Shown here: piece after piece, positions 63,894-64,000 of the stretch
Numbering within the stretch: position 1 is the stretch's first letter
Layout: the number at the start of each line of letters is the position of its first letter
NCBI GenBank assembly: GCA_963725455.1
Contig: CAVRZH010000112.1
Coordinates: 12,600 to 76,599, forward strand
DNA: 64,000 nt
Reading direction: 5' to 3'
Origin: Bryobacterales bacterium
Lineage (GTDB): Bacteria > Acidobacteriota > Terriglobia > Bryobacterales > Bryobacteraceae
The notes under the pieces: generated by a model
Databases searched by the model: none
The model's input: only the letters and a program-made list of their open reading frames with translations
Told to the model about the DNA's origin: nothing
Made by a program: the position numbers and the translations under genes

Positions 63894-64000
63894 ACCTGGT
63901 ACCGAAAACCCTTAGTACTGACACGGAAACGTCACCGGATGGCCGTGAAATTTCAGTAGCTTCTGGCATTGATTCGTGGTACATAGTTATTTAGGCGCAA

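Overview
GC-rich bacterial chromosomal segment. The gene content (an ADOP-type duplicated orphan permease, a 1187-aa carboxypeptidase-regulatory-domain TonB-dependent receptor, many TPR and secreted hypothetical proteins) points to Acidobacteriota. I call 55 protein-coding genes, one degraded HicB-like pseudogene, one clear intrinsic terminator, several candidate operator or hairpin elements and two short tandem repeats. I found no rRNA, tRNA, CRISPR array, prophage or intact mobile element. Most genes are housekeeping or envelope functions: metG, tatD, purEK, fabI, polyprenyl synthase, pncA/pncB NAD salvage, cobB, larC, a SurA-like PPIase, MscS, a sodium:solute symporter, and alpha-glucan catabolism (GH15, GH57, GlgP). 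Genes are tightly packed, with many 4-nt ATGA/GTGA start-stop overlaps and convergent stop codons that abut or overlap. The best candidate for an undescribed system is the cluster at 5440-12904. It holds a receiver-less winged-helix + TPR regulator, a TonB-dependent receptor, a DUF6152 protein and members of an unnamed secreted protein family that has four paralogs in the window (5440, 8133, 54115, 55248). One paralog is fused to a CarboxypepD_reg domain. Two hand-aligned paralogous promoter modules carry TAGAC-type direct repeats at 11-bp spacing, as expected for an OmpR/SARP-type activator. Secondary leads are an ABC-2/GldG/DUF4340 operon continuing into a YegD-like Hsp70, a ybjQ-GH57 GTGA-coupled pair, a larC-cobB coupled pair, and an 18-bp perfect palindrome next to an arsR-family gene. 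All functional calls rest on motif recognition in the supplied translations. No database search was run.
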